Below, piece by piece: positions 15,611 to 28,034 of a stretch of DNA of 53,565 nt. Numbering within the stretch: the stretch's first letter is position 1; every line of letters starts with the position of its first letter. The position numbers and the translations under genes are program-made. This DNA is from Vitrella brassicaformis CCMP3155 (lineage: Eukaryota > Protista > Chromerida): NCBI GenBank assembly GCA_001179505.1, contig CDMY01000549.1, positions 1 through 53,565 of the forward strand, given 5' to 3'. The notes below the pieces were generated by a model, which ran no database searches, had not been told where the DNA came from, and saw only the letters and a list, made by a program, of their open reading frames with translations.

Positions 15611-16255
15611 GCGAGCTCGGATTTGGAACCCTTTAACCCAAACCCAGCGCCAGTCCAGCGGCACGTCCCGACGATCCTCATCCCTCCCTCGTTCAGCGCT
15701 CTTCCTTCGCTTCAGTGACGCCGTGGAGACCAGACGCCGCCCGAGACAGCATGCGCCACGCAAAAGCATCAGCTGGACACCGCGGCTATCGGAGGGTGAT
15801 CTGTGCCTGAAGGAGCGAGGCATCTTGGAGGGAGGCTCTCGTGCCTTTCAGTCGCAGCGGCAGACCCGTGCAGTGTTGTCGGACCTACCTAAGGGCAAAT
15901 CAGATCAGGATCAGTTGTCGGATTGCATGTTTGCACGGTGACTCATTGTGCTCGCGTGTGCGTGGCGGGAGCCTTGGCAGATAGTCGTCGTGGAATGGTC
16001 GCTTTTGGTCAACAAACCGTTGACGACCAATGGGTGTGAATCGTGGCTGGCTGTGCGTTGAGTGAGTGAGTGCTCTTTTTGTATCAGTCAGTCAGTCAGT
16101 CAGTTGCTTGCCTTCTTTAGTGTAGTCGGTGGGCGGCTTGCAGCACAGCAGCCTGTCTGTCTGTCTGTCTGCCTGCCTGTTTGTCTGTCTGATTGGGAGA
16201 GAGCAGGTCTTGTTGAGCGAGTCTGCTTGTTGCTTCTCTTTCTCTCTTTGTCCTC
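15611..16255 (+). repeat. Duplicated upstream module (inverted copy at 1-685), lying between the divergent AspAT and adhesin genes
   Basis: Direct by-eye alignment to the reverse complement of 1-685. Confidence 0.93.
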
Positions 16256-16424
16256 TTGCCGACGTCCACTGCGTGCACTGAGCGAGCGCACGTGTCTGTT
16301 ATTCTCGCTTGTCTGTCTGTCTGTCTGTCTGTCACTCGTTCACTCACTCACCCACCCCTTCATTCATTCATTCATTGATTCATTCGTCAGCGAGCTCTCG
16401 TGGCGCATAGGCGGACAAGCCTGT

Positions 16425-19400
16425 ATGTCGCGAGTGGTGCATTCGGTTGTTGTGTGTGGCATCGCTCTGCTCGGCTTGCTGGTCGTCTACATGGGGGGTA
16501 ACNNNNNNNNNNNNNNNNNNNNNNNNNNNNNNNNNNNNNNNNNNNNNNNNNNNNNNNNNNNNNNNNNNNNNNNNNNNNNNNNNNNNNNNNNNNNNNNNNN
16601 NNNNNNNNNNNNNNNNNNNNNNNNNNNNNNNNNNNNNNNNNNNNNNNNNNNNNNNNNNNNNNNNNNNNNNNNNNNNNNNNNNNNNNNNNNNNNNNNNNNN
16701 NNNNNNNNNNNNNNNNNNNNNNNNNNNNNNNNNNNNNNNNNNNNNNNNNNNNNNNNNNNNNNNNNNNNNNNNNNNNNNNNNNNNNNNNNNNNNNNNNNNN
16801 NNGGCGGGACGGATCGGGCAGACAGGCCAGGGGGGGCGGGGGGAGCAGCAGCCACATCAGGAAGATCACACAGCGCAGGAGGCGGCTGCAAGGTGCGGAA
16901 TACACATACACAAACACACGTCCTCATGCATCTGTGTGTGTGTGTGTGTGTGTCAGCATCAGGGTCCCCCTCGTCGATTCCCTCCGACTGCAACGGCATG
17001 TGTCGGTCACAGGACTGGTACGCCGACGGTGTCTGCGACATGGAGTGCTTCTCAGAGGAGTGCGGTTGGGACGGCGCTGACTGCGCCGGAATGCCGCGAA
17101 TCAATGCCTACCAGCAGCAGCAGACACAAGACGGAACCAACAGGCGGGACAGGAGGAGACGGATGCAAGGTGAGCGAGAATTCACAGGCACCCATGTGTC
17201 TCGGCTTCCTTGTGGACGCGTTTGTCTTGTCTGTGTGTGCGCTACTGTGATGGAAGTTGGTTCGAATTCGGTGGTGATTCCCGAGACGTGCTTTGGGGAC
17301 TGCCGTGATTTGGAGTGGTTTAATGACACGGTGTGCGACTTTGAGTGCTACAATTATGCTTGTGAATTCGACGGCGGCGACTGCGAACCTGGTACGCACG
17401 ATGGAAGAACCACTCGGCCGCTGGATGTGGGTGAGATTGTGTGTCTGTGTGATTCTGTGCAGGTCTAGAGTGCACTGATCTGGCTTCATATTGCAAGTGG
17501 AACGAGACCTGTCAATCGCAAGACGACGGGTCAGCTCACATATACCCACACATGGATGAATGGACTGGATGGAGGCATGTCCGTGTGTTGGGTATTATCT
17601 CTGTGCAGGTTCGGTCGCTGTGAGTCTCTGTGTTCGACGATCGAATGCTCAGAAGAGGAGAACGAAGTCTGCGAGGTAAAGGACGAACCCAGCGAGCCCC
17701 ACACACAAAGAGATGCGAACACGGATGTCCTCTGTGTGTGTGCAGGTTCAGCGGATCCCCGAGGGCGAGCCGGGCGCCGGCAGCGGGGTGGGCAAGTGCG
17801 TCTGTGCAGAGAACTACGTCCGCGGAGACAACGACGAGTGCTTCCAAGGTCGGTACCCTCATCGTCAGCACACTCACACGGCTAACACATGGATGTGTGT
17901 ATTGTTTGTCAGTTCGCGACTGTGCGGTTGGCGAGTGGAAGGATTGGGGTGAGTGCTCCAAGTCGTGCGAAGGGGGCGTCAAGAAGAGAACACGAGAAGT
18001 CACGGTAAGTACGTCCACACACTACTCACGCTCGTCCATGCCTCATCGATGTATCCCCTGGATCCATGTGTGGATGCAGGCCGAGCCGCAGGGCGGCGGT
18101 GAGGAGTGTCCCGAACTCGAAGAGACAGCGCCATGCAACGATCAGCCTTGCCGTACGCATCACAAAGACACGTTGGGCATCCGTTGCATATGTCTTTGTG
18201 TCCCCCCTGTTGTGACATCAGCTGTGGCGTGTGTGGTGGGTGACTGGTCGATATGGTCGCCCTGCTCCAAAGACTGCGGCGGAGGCAAACGGAGGAGAGT
18301 CAGAGAAATCACCGTAAGACAAACCCACACTCACCACGGACACACGAGGGACGGAGAGACGTATGTGTGTGTCGTGTGTGTGTCAGACTGAGCCCCAGCA
18401 CGACGGTGAGGAGTGCCCCCCACTCAGCGAGGAGGAAGACTGCAACACCGAACCATGCAGTAAGGGACCTTTCTTCACAATGAGCTTCACCCACCTGTGT
18501 GAATGCATGGATGTCGTTGATCGGTGCAGAGACGGACTGCACGGTGTCTGACTGGTCTGAGTGGGACAAGTGCTCAGAGGAGTGCGGCGGGGGCACACAA
18601 TCAAGGACCAGAACCGTCGTGGTCAGTATGCACGCATCAGAGCACGGCTGATTACCGTATCAACCGTTCCCACGTCTGCGTGTCTCTTCTTGCTGTCCCG
18701 CAGGAGCCGGATCAGTCTGGCGGTGCGCCCTGTCCCGAGCTGTCAGAAGAGAGGGCATGCAACGAAGACCCGTGCGGTGAGACAGACAGACAGACAGAGA
18801 GATAGACGGGCAGGGGAATGGATGTGTATGTGTGTGTGCAGCGGTCGACTGCAAGGTGGGTGATTGGGGCAACTTCTCTGAGTGCTCCAAGTCGTGCGGC
18901 GGCGGCACCAGGACCAGAAACAGAACAGTCGAGGTACACAAGAACAAACAAACAAACACAGTGTGATGTGCATACGCACCTGGATCTTCTCTGTCTGGCT
19001 GGCACAGGTTGAGCCGTCCGACGATGGCGATCAGTGTCCCGACCTCGAAGAGACTGAGGAATGCAACACACAACCATGCGGTACGTTCGCCACACTACAC
19101 AACCACATGCACACACGGCCACATGGATGTGTTCGTTTGCCTTTTTGTTTGCCTCCATTCCTTCATTCGTTCAGATCCGTGTGCTGGTCTGTCGTGCGGT
19201 CTCAACGAGGAGTGCCGACGGAGCAGCGACAACACGACCGCCACTTGCGAGTGCACACCGCCATTCACGCGAGCATCACCTGAAGCAGAATGCACCAAAG
19301 GTGAAGCAACGAAGCGATCATGTGTTGGACAAGCGTTTGTGTGTGTATGCAATCGTTCTTTCTCTCCGCGTGTGTGCCTCAGAGCGCCCATGGGACGTCT

Positions 19401-20295
19401 TCACTTTCGGCCCGTTCTGCGACGGCGACTGGCCGACCACCGTCAGATGCACCGGTAAACACGTATACATACACACGTCCATGTGTACGTCTCGTTATGT
19501 ATGAGACACAATACATACATACATACATACGTATACATGGGTGGCAGTTGAGGCGATGTACGTATGTATGTATGTATGTATACGAGATCATGTTGCGTAC
19601 ACACGGGCATAGACAAGATGACATACGCCCTCACCCACCCCGCACCACCCACCGCACATACGCATGAATGACCGACAGGCTGGCAGCCAGATGATGGTAT
19701 GATTGTTGGTTGTGTGTCTGTGTGTTGGTTGCTGTGTGGCTGCCTGCCTGTCTCTCGCCTCTCTCCCTGCCTGTCTGTCTGTCTGTCCGCCTGCACCACC
19801 AATCACGCCACCACCCCTCTCTATCCACTCGCCCGTCTCTCTGTCTGTCTGTCCGCCTGCCTGCCTGCCTGCCTGCCTGTCTGCCTGTCTGCCTGCCTGC
19901 CTGTGTGTGCCTCCGTGTCTTGTTGCCTGCCTGCTTGCCTGTCAATCTATCTATCTATCTTCCATGGCTATTGGCCATCGATGTAGATGTGTCTGTCACA
20001 GGTGGGAGCACTATGGAGATCTGGGACGCCTTCTACGGACGAGTCGAGAACGTCCCCGAGTGCCCATCGGACAGCGGCGTCACCGACTGCGGCTCGCCAT
20101 CCGGACTCCTGCAGAAACTCAAAGACCAGTACGTTTCTCACGCACTCATTTTGCGCATCCTCATCTTCTGTATGTGTGTCGTGTGTTAGGTGTGACGGCC
20201 AGGGTAGCTGCACAGTGAAGGCCGACCCAGAGGAGCTGGGGGACGAGTGCCCGGGGGTCGAGAAGTACCTCACCATCGACTTCAGATGCAACTGA
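16425..20295 (+). CDS. Secreted or membrane-anchored adhesin: signal/TM - 2x LNR (Notch repeat) - EGF-like - 4x TSP1 - EGF - SUEL/Gal_lectin domain (spans an assembly gap)
   Basis: Hydrophobic N-terminus MSRVVHSVVVCGIALLGLLVVYMG. LNRs: CNGMC..WYADGVCDMECFSEECGWDGADC and CFGDC..WFNDTVCDFECYNYACEFDGGDC. TSP1s: DCAVGEWKDWGECSKSCEGG, CVVGDWSIWSPC, DCTVSDWSEWDKC, DCKVGDWGNFSEC. EGF: PCAGLSCGLNEEC..CEC. SUEL-like: MEIWDAFYGR...CDGQGSCTVKA..LGDECPGVEKYLTIDFRC*. Confidence 0.85.
16503..16802. other. Assembly gap (300 N)
   Basis: Run of N inside the adhesin gene. Confidence 1.
16838..19081 (+). repeat. Large inverted segmental duplication shared with about 50695-53565 (exons and introns)
   Basis: The window end is the reverse complement of GGGGGAGCAGCAGCCACATCAGGAAGATCACAC at about 16838. 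Intron sequences are also conserved between the two copies. Confidence 0.92.
19480..19960. repeat. Compound microsatellite tract (TACA, TATG, CCTG, TCTG) in an adhesin intron, representative of SSRs throughout the window
   Basis: Directly visible tetranucleotide runs. Confidence 0.85.
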
Positions 20296-22512
20296 CGGCC
20301 TCTCACTCTCTCTCCTTGGCCTGTCACCCTTCTTTTTTTACACTTCTCTGCCTGCCTAGCGGATGGATGGATGGATGGCTCGCATTATCGCATCGATGTT
20401 CGATTCCTGTGACAGCCGTAGTCAATTTACACCCATGCATAAGATGGATGGGACGGCCCATCAGGGCGACGGTGTGGTGACGATACCGCTAGTTTTTGCC
20501 GACAGAAAAGGGACGGACGGGAGGGCTGGGGTGTGCAGAGACGGCCATTGGGGGGAATGGGTGGGTGAGAGGAGAGAAGAAGAGGAGAGGAAGCTTCTAT
20601 GTGCGTGACTGTTCGTTGTCCGTCCGTCTGCCTGTCTGTCTGTGTGCCTCTCTCTGTGCCTGTGTCTATGCCTGTCTGCCCGGTGTGATCTGGTTGGTCT
20701 TGTGTGGCTTCCTTGTTGGCTTTTATAAAATATCCTTTTGTCAGTCGGCCGGCGTGGTGTGTATCATGTCCGCAGGCTGTTTTGTAACCACTGGCTACTG
20801 CGTACCCACCCACATTAATGCATAGATAGAGCTAAGGGGCGAGTGGGCGGCCGGGCGAGGGAGGGGGGATGGGCGCGGAGGGGTGCAGGTAGGTCGTTCA
20901 TGCATTTTTGTATCGTACATGCATGAAAGGAGCGACACGGCCAGCCAGCCAGCCAGCCAGCCAGGCGGGCGGGCGGGCAGACAGGCCTCGAAGTCGATTG
21001 CAACCAACGACGCACCAAGTGCACGGGCGGACTGGACGCTGCGGGCATCATGGTGGTCGGCACACGTGTGTTGCGTTTGCACGTATACACATGAGTCTCG
21101 GGCACTGTGGTGTCAGGCATGCACGGTCGGTCGGTGCCATAAAAGCACGGTGCAAGGTGGTTATGTAGGTAGGAGTTTTGTCTCGAGTGAGCAACACAGT
21201 GTTTCAGTGTCTGTTTCTTTATGTCCAGCTGTCTAGCTATCTCACGGACTCGCTATAGTGCTGCATAATGCATGCATACACGCCTCTTGCTGCCGCTGTC
21301 GCTGCTGCTGCTGTGCTGCACGGCAAGCTGCGGCGACTCAGCAAGCGAGGCTTTTCAAGACACTTAAGAACACACGCGCAATGGTGACTAATTGAGGAAG
21401 GGGGAGGGGGGACCTGTGTCGGACGGCGCGGGTCAGGCTTACATGGGGTGGTCGGCCGGCGAGGCGCACGCCACCACGGCTCGCCACGGTTGGCTCGCCA
21501 TGCCACGCCGTGCCCTCTCTCCCCATTGACGCGGCCGTCTGCACAGGTAGGTAGTCGTTTTTATGAGGGGCTGGGGCTGGTGCTGCCTGCCTGGCCGCCC
21601 GGTCTCACTCACTACCTGGGTGGGCTGATCTGGTTGAGTGAGTGATCGAGGGAGAGTGACCGACCGACCGACCGACTGCTATTTATTTCGTTTGGCTGGC
21701 ATCGCTGTCGGTGTTTCTTGTTTGGTGTCCGTTTGTCTGCCTGCCTGTCTGGATGACACGCTGTTTTGTAGGCTGGCTGGCCGCCTCTTTCCTTCCTTCC
21801 CTCCCTGTCTGTCTGTCTGTTTGCTCTTCCTGCAGTCAGAACGAACGAGTGAAGGGGTGGCGGGACTGCTGGGGCGCGTTGCGATTGCCAACGTACGGTG
21901 ATGATATTTGTCCCGGTTTTTCGTGCGTGTGGCTGTGGGCGGCTGCACGCATGGCGCGTCAAGGTGCCTGTCTGCCTGCCTGCCTCGCTGCCTGCCTGCG
22001 TGCATTGCTGCGTGGCTCTATTCTTCATACATACCATGCGTACATCATACCTACCTACCTACCTGCCTACATTATTAATACGTACGTATACGTATGTACA
22101 GGGCAGCACAGCTCGTAGACCAGTACATTCATCCATCCATCCATCGTACACAGTCGCTTCAGTCAATGTCGTACTCTCATCCCATCCATGGTTCCTTTCG
22201 CGTGAGTGGTGCGTGCGTGTTCTGATGGCTGTGGTGCTCACGGCACGCCAAGCTGTCGTTCGATGGAAGGAACGATCGCACCAATGCTCGTACGCGTACG
22301 TGTACGGACATATACGTGTGCGTGTCTCAGACCGATCGCATTGCATCGCATGACATCGCATCAACCCATTTCATCACCGACCTGTTCGTCGTATCGCCAC
22401 TGTTCGTTCACACGCGCAGAACAAAACTGTCATATGCCTTTATTTCTCTCTCGCTCACTATATGGCAAATCCAGACAGACACACGAGCGCTACACGTACC
22501 AAATTAACAGAG

Positions 22513-23636
22513 CTACCATGCCGACTGCACGGCCGGCTTTACGGCCCTCTCGAGCACCATACCTCTCAGATCGGCAGCCGTCACAAGCGACATGTCAGCA
22601 TACACCCCCTCAGCGCCGTCAAACACCTGGTCCCCCGTCGAGTGTGTGTGGGTGATGACGCACTTCATGTCGGCCTGCAGGGCCGCCTGCAGACCGATCA
22701 GGCTGTCCTCGATCACCAGGCATCGCGACGGCGGGATGGCCAGCCTTTCGGAGGCGGCGTGGTATATCTCGGGGTGTGGCTTCCTGTGCGTCACGTCGTC
22801 GCCTGCCAAGATGAGATCGAACCTCGATAACAGATCCTGCCAGACACAGCAGAACAGAACATTCAAAACACAAACAGGCAGCCCTGTTTGTGTGCTTGCG
22901 GGGTTCCCTTCCTGCTTTGTTCGCCCGCACCTTTCCCAGAAGGTTCTCCAGCACGAACAGGCATGACGACTTGGTGCTTGCAGAGCATATGGCCAGCTTG
23001 GTGCCAGGCGTCCTCATCGCCTCCTCCATCACACGCAGCACTCCCGGCCGCGGCTGCGCCGTCCCCTCAGAGATAAAGCTCTTGTAGATGATTGTCTTCC
23101 TGTCCTGCAGCGTCTTGAGCATCCCTTCACGACCGTCTGTGTCTGCCGGTGGTGGGCCGAGAGTGGAGGATGGCCAGCCGTTCTCGGTGAAGTAGTGGCG
23201 CATCTTGGGGATGCCGCCGCCTATCATATTCTGCAGGACGTCGTAGTACTCGGGCGTCCACTCATACGGTATCGCGAACTCCTGCACACACCCACACAAA
23301 AGGACGAAGGGTGGACGACCACGCCGGCGTGCCATCGTATGCCATCCTTCTCACCCGAAACATGGCGTTGTAAGCGTCTCGATGCAGGCCTTCAGACTCG
23401 ATAATAACGCCGTCGCAGTCGAAGATCAAAGCCCACTCATCGCTGGCTTGTGATGCACCGCCACTCATGACGCTCGCAGATAATGGGCGTTGTCTTAGAG
23501 AGGCGCTCGGCAGCCGCAGTTTCCTCTGGCTGTGTGTTGGTCTTGACGAAAGCAGAAACGAGTGCGCAGGGAGCGGCGAGAAGAAGACGATAGCCAGTAG
23601 AGAAGTGATGAAGGGAAGCGGCAGCGTGGACGCCAT
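22513..23636 (-). CDS. cbbY: CbbY-like HAD phosphatase (xylulose-1,5-bisphosphate phosphatase) with a bipartite plastid-targeting presequence
   Basis: LIFDCDGVIIESEGLHRDAYNAMF; WTPEYYDVLQNMIGGGIPKMRHYF; LQDRKTIIYK; PRPGV; AICSAST; AGDDVTHRKPHPEIY; CLVIEDSLIGLQAA. The N-terminus is a signal peptide ending ...PAHS-F, followed by an S/R-rich transit-like segment. Confidence 0.88.
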
Positions 23637-23955
23637 CCTGCAGGAAGGCGAGAGAGAACAGCAGTGCAGCGCAAGGAAGAAAGCCAGTAGCTTAAAGCCA
23701 GCAAGGGCTCCTACACCTTTGTCGGCTCAGATGCACCGGAGAGATCACGAAGGCTCTTCACGGGACTGACTCATAGCCGCGTTTGGACAGATCTCTCATC
23801 ACCAGGTACTGAGTGAGTTGGAAGACCTGCAGAAACTTTTCCTTCGAAACTGTCGATTGCGAGCTCATGATTGCAGATCTGCCCCCAATGATGGACTCGC
23901 AAAAAGACTCGGAGGGTCACAGCCACGACGCTCGGTAAAAGACAACAACCAACCA

Positions 23956-26900
23956 ATGAGCAACTTCAGGAGATTCCAGATCGGCAGGCCCCAGAGTAAG
24001 GTGGCTGGCGCCAATGCTGGACAGGCACCCACTCCGGGTGCCCAATCCCAGGCTGCCCCATCGGCCACTGGTGCTACGGCTCCTAGAGAAGAAGCTGACC
24101 TACGCTACAGTCTGCCCCTTCCCTTTCTCCCCCCCGCCATGGCGCCTATCGATATCTGTGTTATCCAGGGGCATGAGCTCGAGTTCCAAGCTGGGCCGAC
24201 CAGCTTCCTCGGTCAGCGTGGGGTTACCATAACAGATGGGCGACTTTCGATGTATGCTGCAGGTTTTGGCGCATTCGGATGCGTGATGAAGGCCAAGTGG
24301 AAGGGCCAATCTGTCGCTGTCAAGATACTGGTGAGGCCTCCGCTTGGCCTCCAAAGATGCCACCCCAAGGAACATTGAATGGCTCTCCGATGCAGAATCA
24401 TGTGAATATTGAGGAGGTGAGGAAGGAGGTTCACGTGCTTTCACACGTCCAGCATCCCAACTTGATCAAGTTTCTCGGGCTGGCCGAGCAAGAGGGAAAA
24501 CTCATGATTGTCACAGGCACGCGTTCTCTGCCCGTTCGAACGACTTCCATGCATATGATGGCGCTTGCAATGTGTTGATGCTTCAGAGCTGTGCATTGGC
24601 GGCACATTGCATACATTCATGGCGGAGCTCAGGGAGAGACTTGATGACAGCCTTCGCCAAAAGCTTGCCGAGCAGGTAACACAAAGAGAGGCGCATCCTT
24701 GATGATGTTTGATGGATGATGTTTGCAGGTCTGCGAGGGTGTCGCTGCTCTTCACGCACACAAAATCGTCCATCGCGACCTCAAGCCCGCCAACATTCTC
24801 GTACGCAGCACGTAGAGCCTGACTCCTTGTCAGATTGGATGTGTGTGCGCCTCAGGTGGATGGCCTGGGCAACATCAAAATCTCCGACTTCGGCCTGGCG
24901 AGAATTATAGATGGCACGAGTCGGTCAGTGACTATGGGTAAGAGAGCAACATATGTAGCAACAGACAGACAGACAGACCGGCAGACAGGCGGGTGGACAG
25001 ATAGAGAGACAGATAGAGAGACACACAGAGAGAGACACCGACACACAGACACGGGCAGGTGGGAAGGCAGAGAGACAAGCGGGCAGGTGGGAAGGCGGGC
25101 AGACAGACAGAGAGACAGACAGACTTCACATGCAGGCGGGCAATTTCAGGACCTACGTGACAGCGTTGTTTATGTGCAGGGGCTGGCACACACGGCTTCA
25201 TGGCGCCAGAGGCCTATGATCCAAGTAAGCAATGGCATATGTATCGCCGTTTTTCTCACGGATCGTTGATCTGCCTGCCCTGCAGCGAAGCGGCTAAGCT
25301 TCGCATCTGACATTTGGGGACTTGGAGGCATCCTGGTGGAGATTCTGGGAGGTAAGAGTGCAGTGTCCTTCTTGGCCTCTCTCAACCATTCTCTCTGCGC
25401 CTGCTTCGCAGGGAAGAAACCCTTTCCTCAGTTGAGTGGACTGACACCGGAGCGGGCCATGGGGGAGGCCATGAGGCTGCACAAGGAGGGAGTGAAGGTT
25501 CGTCTGCAGCTATAGGAGATGCTGCTCTCGACAGACTCATTGACAGCCTCTCTTGTCCTAATCTCCTTGTTTATTGACAGCCTGAGATCCCCACGGGCAA
25601 GCTCTTCCCTCCCCATGTCAGACGCATCATTGAGGTACATTGCAAGGAAGGCACAGCAAAATCCATATGCGCCGTCTCTGTGCAGAGATGCTTTGAGTAC
25701 GAACCGAGCAAGCGACCGACGGCCAAGGAGGTGCCATTTGATATGAACAGACGATCGTGTCTGTTTTCTCTGTTTCCTGTGTCTTTCCTAGGTGTTGGAT
25801 GCATTGAAGGGCCCACCACCCAGATCGATGACGCCAAACCCCCAGCCGATGGACAACAACGAGGCGAGTAAGGCTATATCCGGCTTACGCCTCATTTGTG
25901 TGTATCAGAGATGGATCGCTCGGATTGCTTTTATGAATCAGACACCATCACACTGCCAAAGCCGATTTCGGTGCCCGTTTCGCCCTCGCCTGCACCACGA
26001 CCGCAGACCGTCAAACATGTACGGACAGACGGAAAGAAGAACGCACACGCAACAGGGAATTGGGCGGGGGTGGACGTCCTTTATGAATGCAGAGTGACAT
26101 CTTTGAAGCCGTCAGAGCCAACGACATCCAGTCCGTGGCCCACCTGATCGACACGGAAAAGGAGATACTCGACAAACGTTGGTCTGGGGTATGCCATCGC
26201 GAAGACGATAGGACTGTACTCAGTGGTCTATGTGTCCTCATTTGTGCGTCCAGATGACACCCTTTATCGTGGCTGCACGTGAGGGTCACGTGGGCATCAT
26301 AACGGTGATGTATGAGAGCAAACGTGACACACCGCAGCAAAGAGACAGCGTACCGACACCGAACAAGGCATCCTGTGTGCTCTTGATGATGAGACGATGT
26401 GTGTTGGCTGTGATGGAATGCAGCGTGGCTGGAATGCCTTGCACTGGGCTGCACAGGAAAACCGTGTTGCGGTCGTCAAGCAGCTGCTGAAGTGGGATCC
26501 CTCACTGATCGATGCACGCAACGAGGTGACAAAGCACACATGTCTCCGATGCCTCATTGTGTCGATTGTGCGTGTGTTGATTACAGGATGGCAGGACGCC
26601 ATGGGATTTGGGGGAGAAAAAGCCGGAGATCAGAGAGATCATGGAGAAATACAAGTCTGCCCACGGTCAGTCAGTTAGTCTGTCCTCCCACGGGAGAAAC
26701 ATCACTGTATCCATGCCGTGTGTGTGACAGCTGCCCAGCCTGCACCGCCAGTGAAATACGTGAGAGGCAAAGTGTCCCATCCCCATCAAAGTGACATGTG
26801 CAAACGACTGTTTTTCCTGTGCTAGAGGGACATCTTTGCAGCCGTCAAAGCCAACGATGTCCAGTCCGTGGCCCACCTGATCGACACGGAAAAGGAGATA

Positions 26901-27921
26901 CTCGACAAACGAGAAGGTGGCTGGTGGAAGGTATGCAACCGTGAAGCCGACAGAAACGAAGTCAGTGGTCGGTCTGTGTGTTCTCGTTCCTATGGCGCAT
27001 TTCACACCGTTCCTTCGCGCTGCGGAGAGGGGTCACGTGGGCGTCATGTCGGTCATGTATAAGAGCAAACCTGACATACTGCAGCAAACAACCACCAGGG
27101 TACCGACGCAGACAAAGCATCTTGTGTGCTGCTGGAATTGAGGAGAAAATGTGTTGGCTGTGGTGCAATGCAGCCTGGCTGGAACGCCATACACTGGGCT
27201 GCCACTAACGGCCATGTTGCGGCTGTCAATAAGCTGCTGGAGTGGGATCCCAAACTGATCGATGCACGCACGAATGTAACAGAGCACACACATGTTCCAG
27301 ACGCCTCAGTGTGTGTGTCGATTGTGTGTGTGTGTTGATTGCAGAAAGGCGGCACGCCATTCATGGAGGCTGCCTTCTGGGGTCGTGTTGATGTGATGGA
27401 GGCAATGTATGCCAAACGAAAGGACCTTCTCACACAGACGGACGATGTGAGACACGCATGGAGATACACAGAATGCCCCTCGTTTGATTGCCTTTCCCTG
27501 TGTGCATGACACACAGGACGGATACACGGCACTCCACCATGCTGTGCTCAATGACAAATCTGCGGCTGTGTCTCAGCTGTGAGCGACACAGATGACTGAC
27601 TGACGCGAACATCTCATCCACACACTGTCCCTCTCTCTGTATGCATGCATTCTCAAAGGCTCGAGTGGGGCGGCGGTGCTCTGCTGGACATCACCACCTG
27701 GGTAAGTGCACACAGACATTCCCACCATCGATGGTTCGAGTGGTGTGCTGATCTCATCTCATCTCATCTCATGGTGATAGGGCAAGACGCCGTGGGACTT
27801 CACGGGCCAGGCCGAGCTACAAGAGATCATGGCGAACTACAAGAGATATGTCCCCACGCCGTGGGTCCTGGGGGCGCGGAAGCCGGAGATCAGAAAGATC
27901 ATGGAGAAGTACAAGCGATAG
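23956..27921 (+). CDS. TKL-like Ser/Thr protein kinase with C-terminal ankyrin repeats (paralog 1)
   Basis: Spliced: FLG|[60 protein letters not shown]. Then ankyrin repeats [26 protein letters not shown] and TALHHAV. Stop TAG at 27919-27921. Confidence 0.85.
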
Positions 27922-28034
27922 GTTCTTCTGGTCAGACTCTGATGTGGTTGTGAAGTGTGTAAGGCCTTTCGTCTATCCAACTGTGTTTGCCTGTTAGACA
28001 GCAACTGCCACTTTTGTGTTGCAGTGCAGAGAGA

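Noticed and set aside
17259-17267. GGTTCGAAT as a tRNA T-loop
   Set aside because: It lies in an adhesin coding exon and I could not build a cloverleaf around it.
17900-19100. Regularly spaced repeats as a CRISPR array
   Set aside because: The repeats are degenerate protein-domain exons (TSP1 here, ankyrin elsewhere) separated by spliceosomal introns; there are no identical direct repeats or cas genes.
20300-22510. 2.2 kb interval between convergent genes as a hidden gene
   Set aside because: It is dominated by CCTG, CTGT, TACG and CCAG repeats, with no consistent exon chain or recognisable motifs. A lncRNA or long UTR cannot be excluded.
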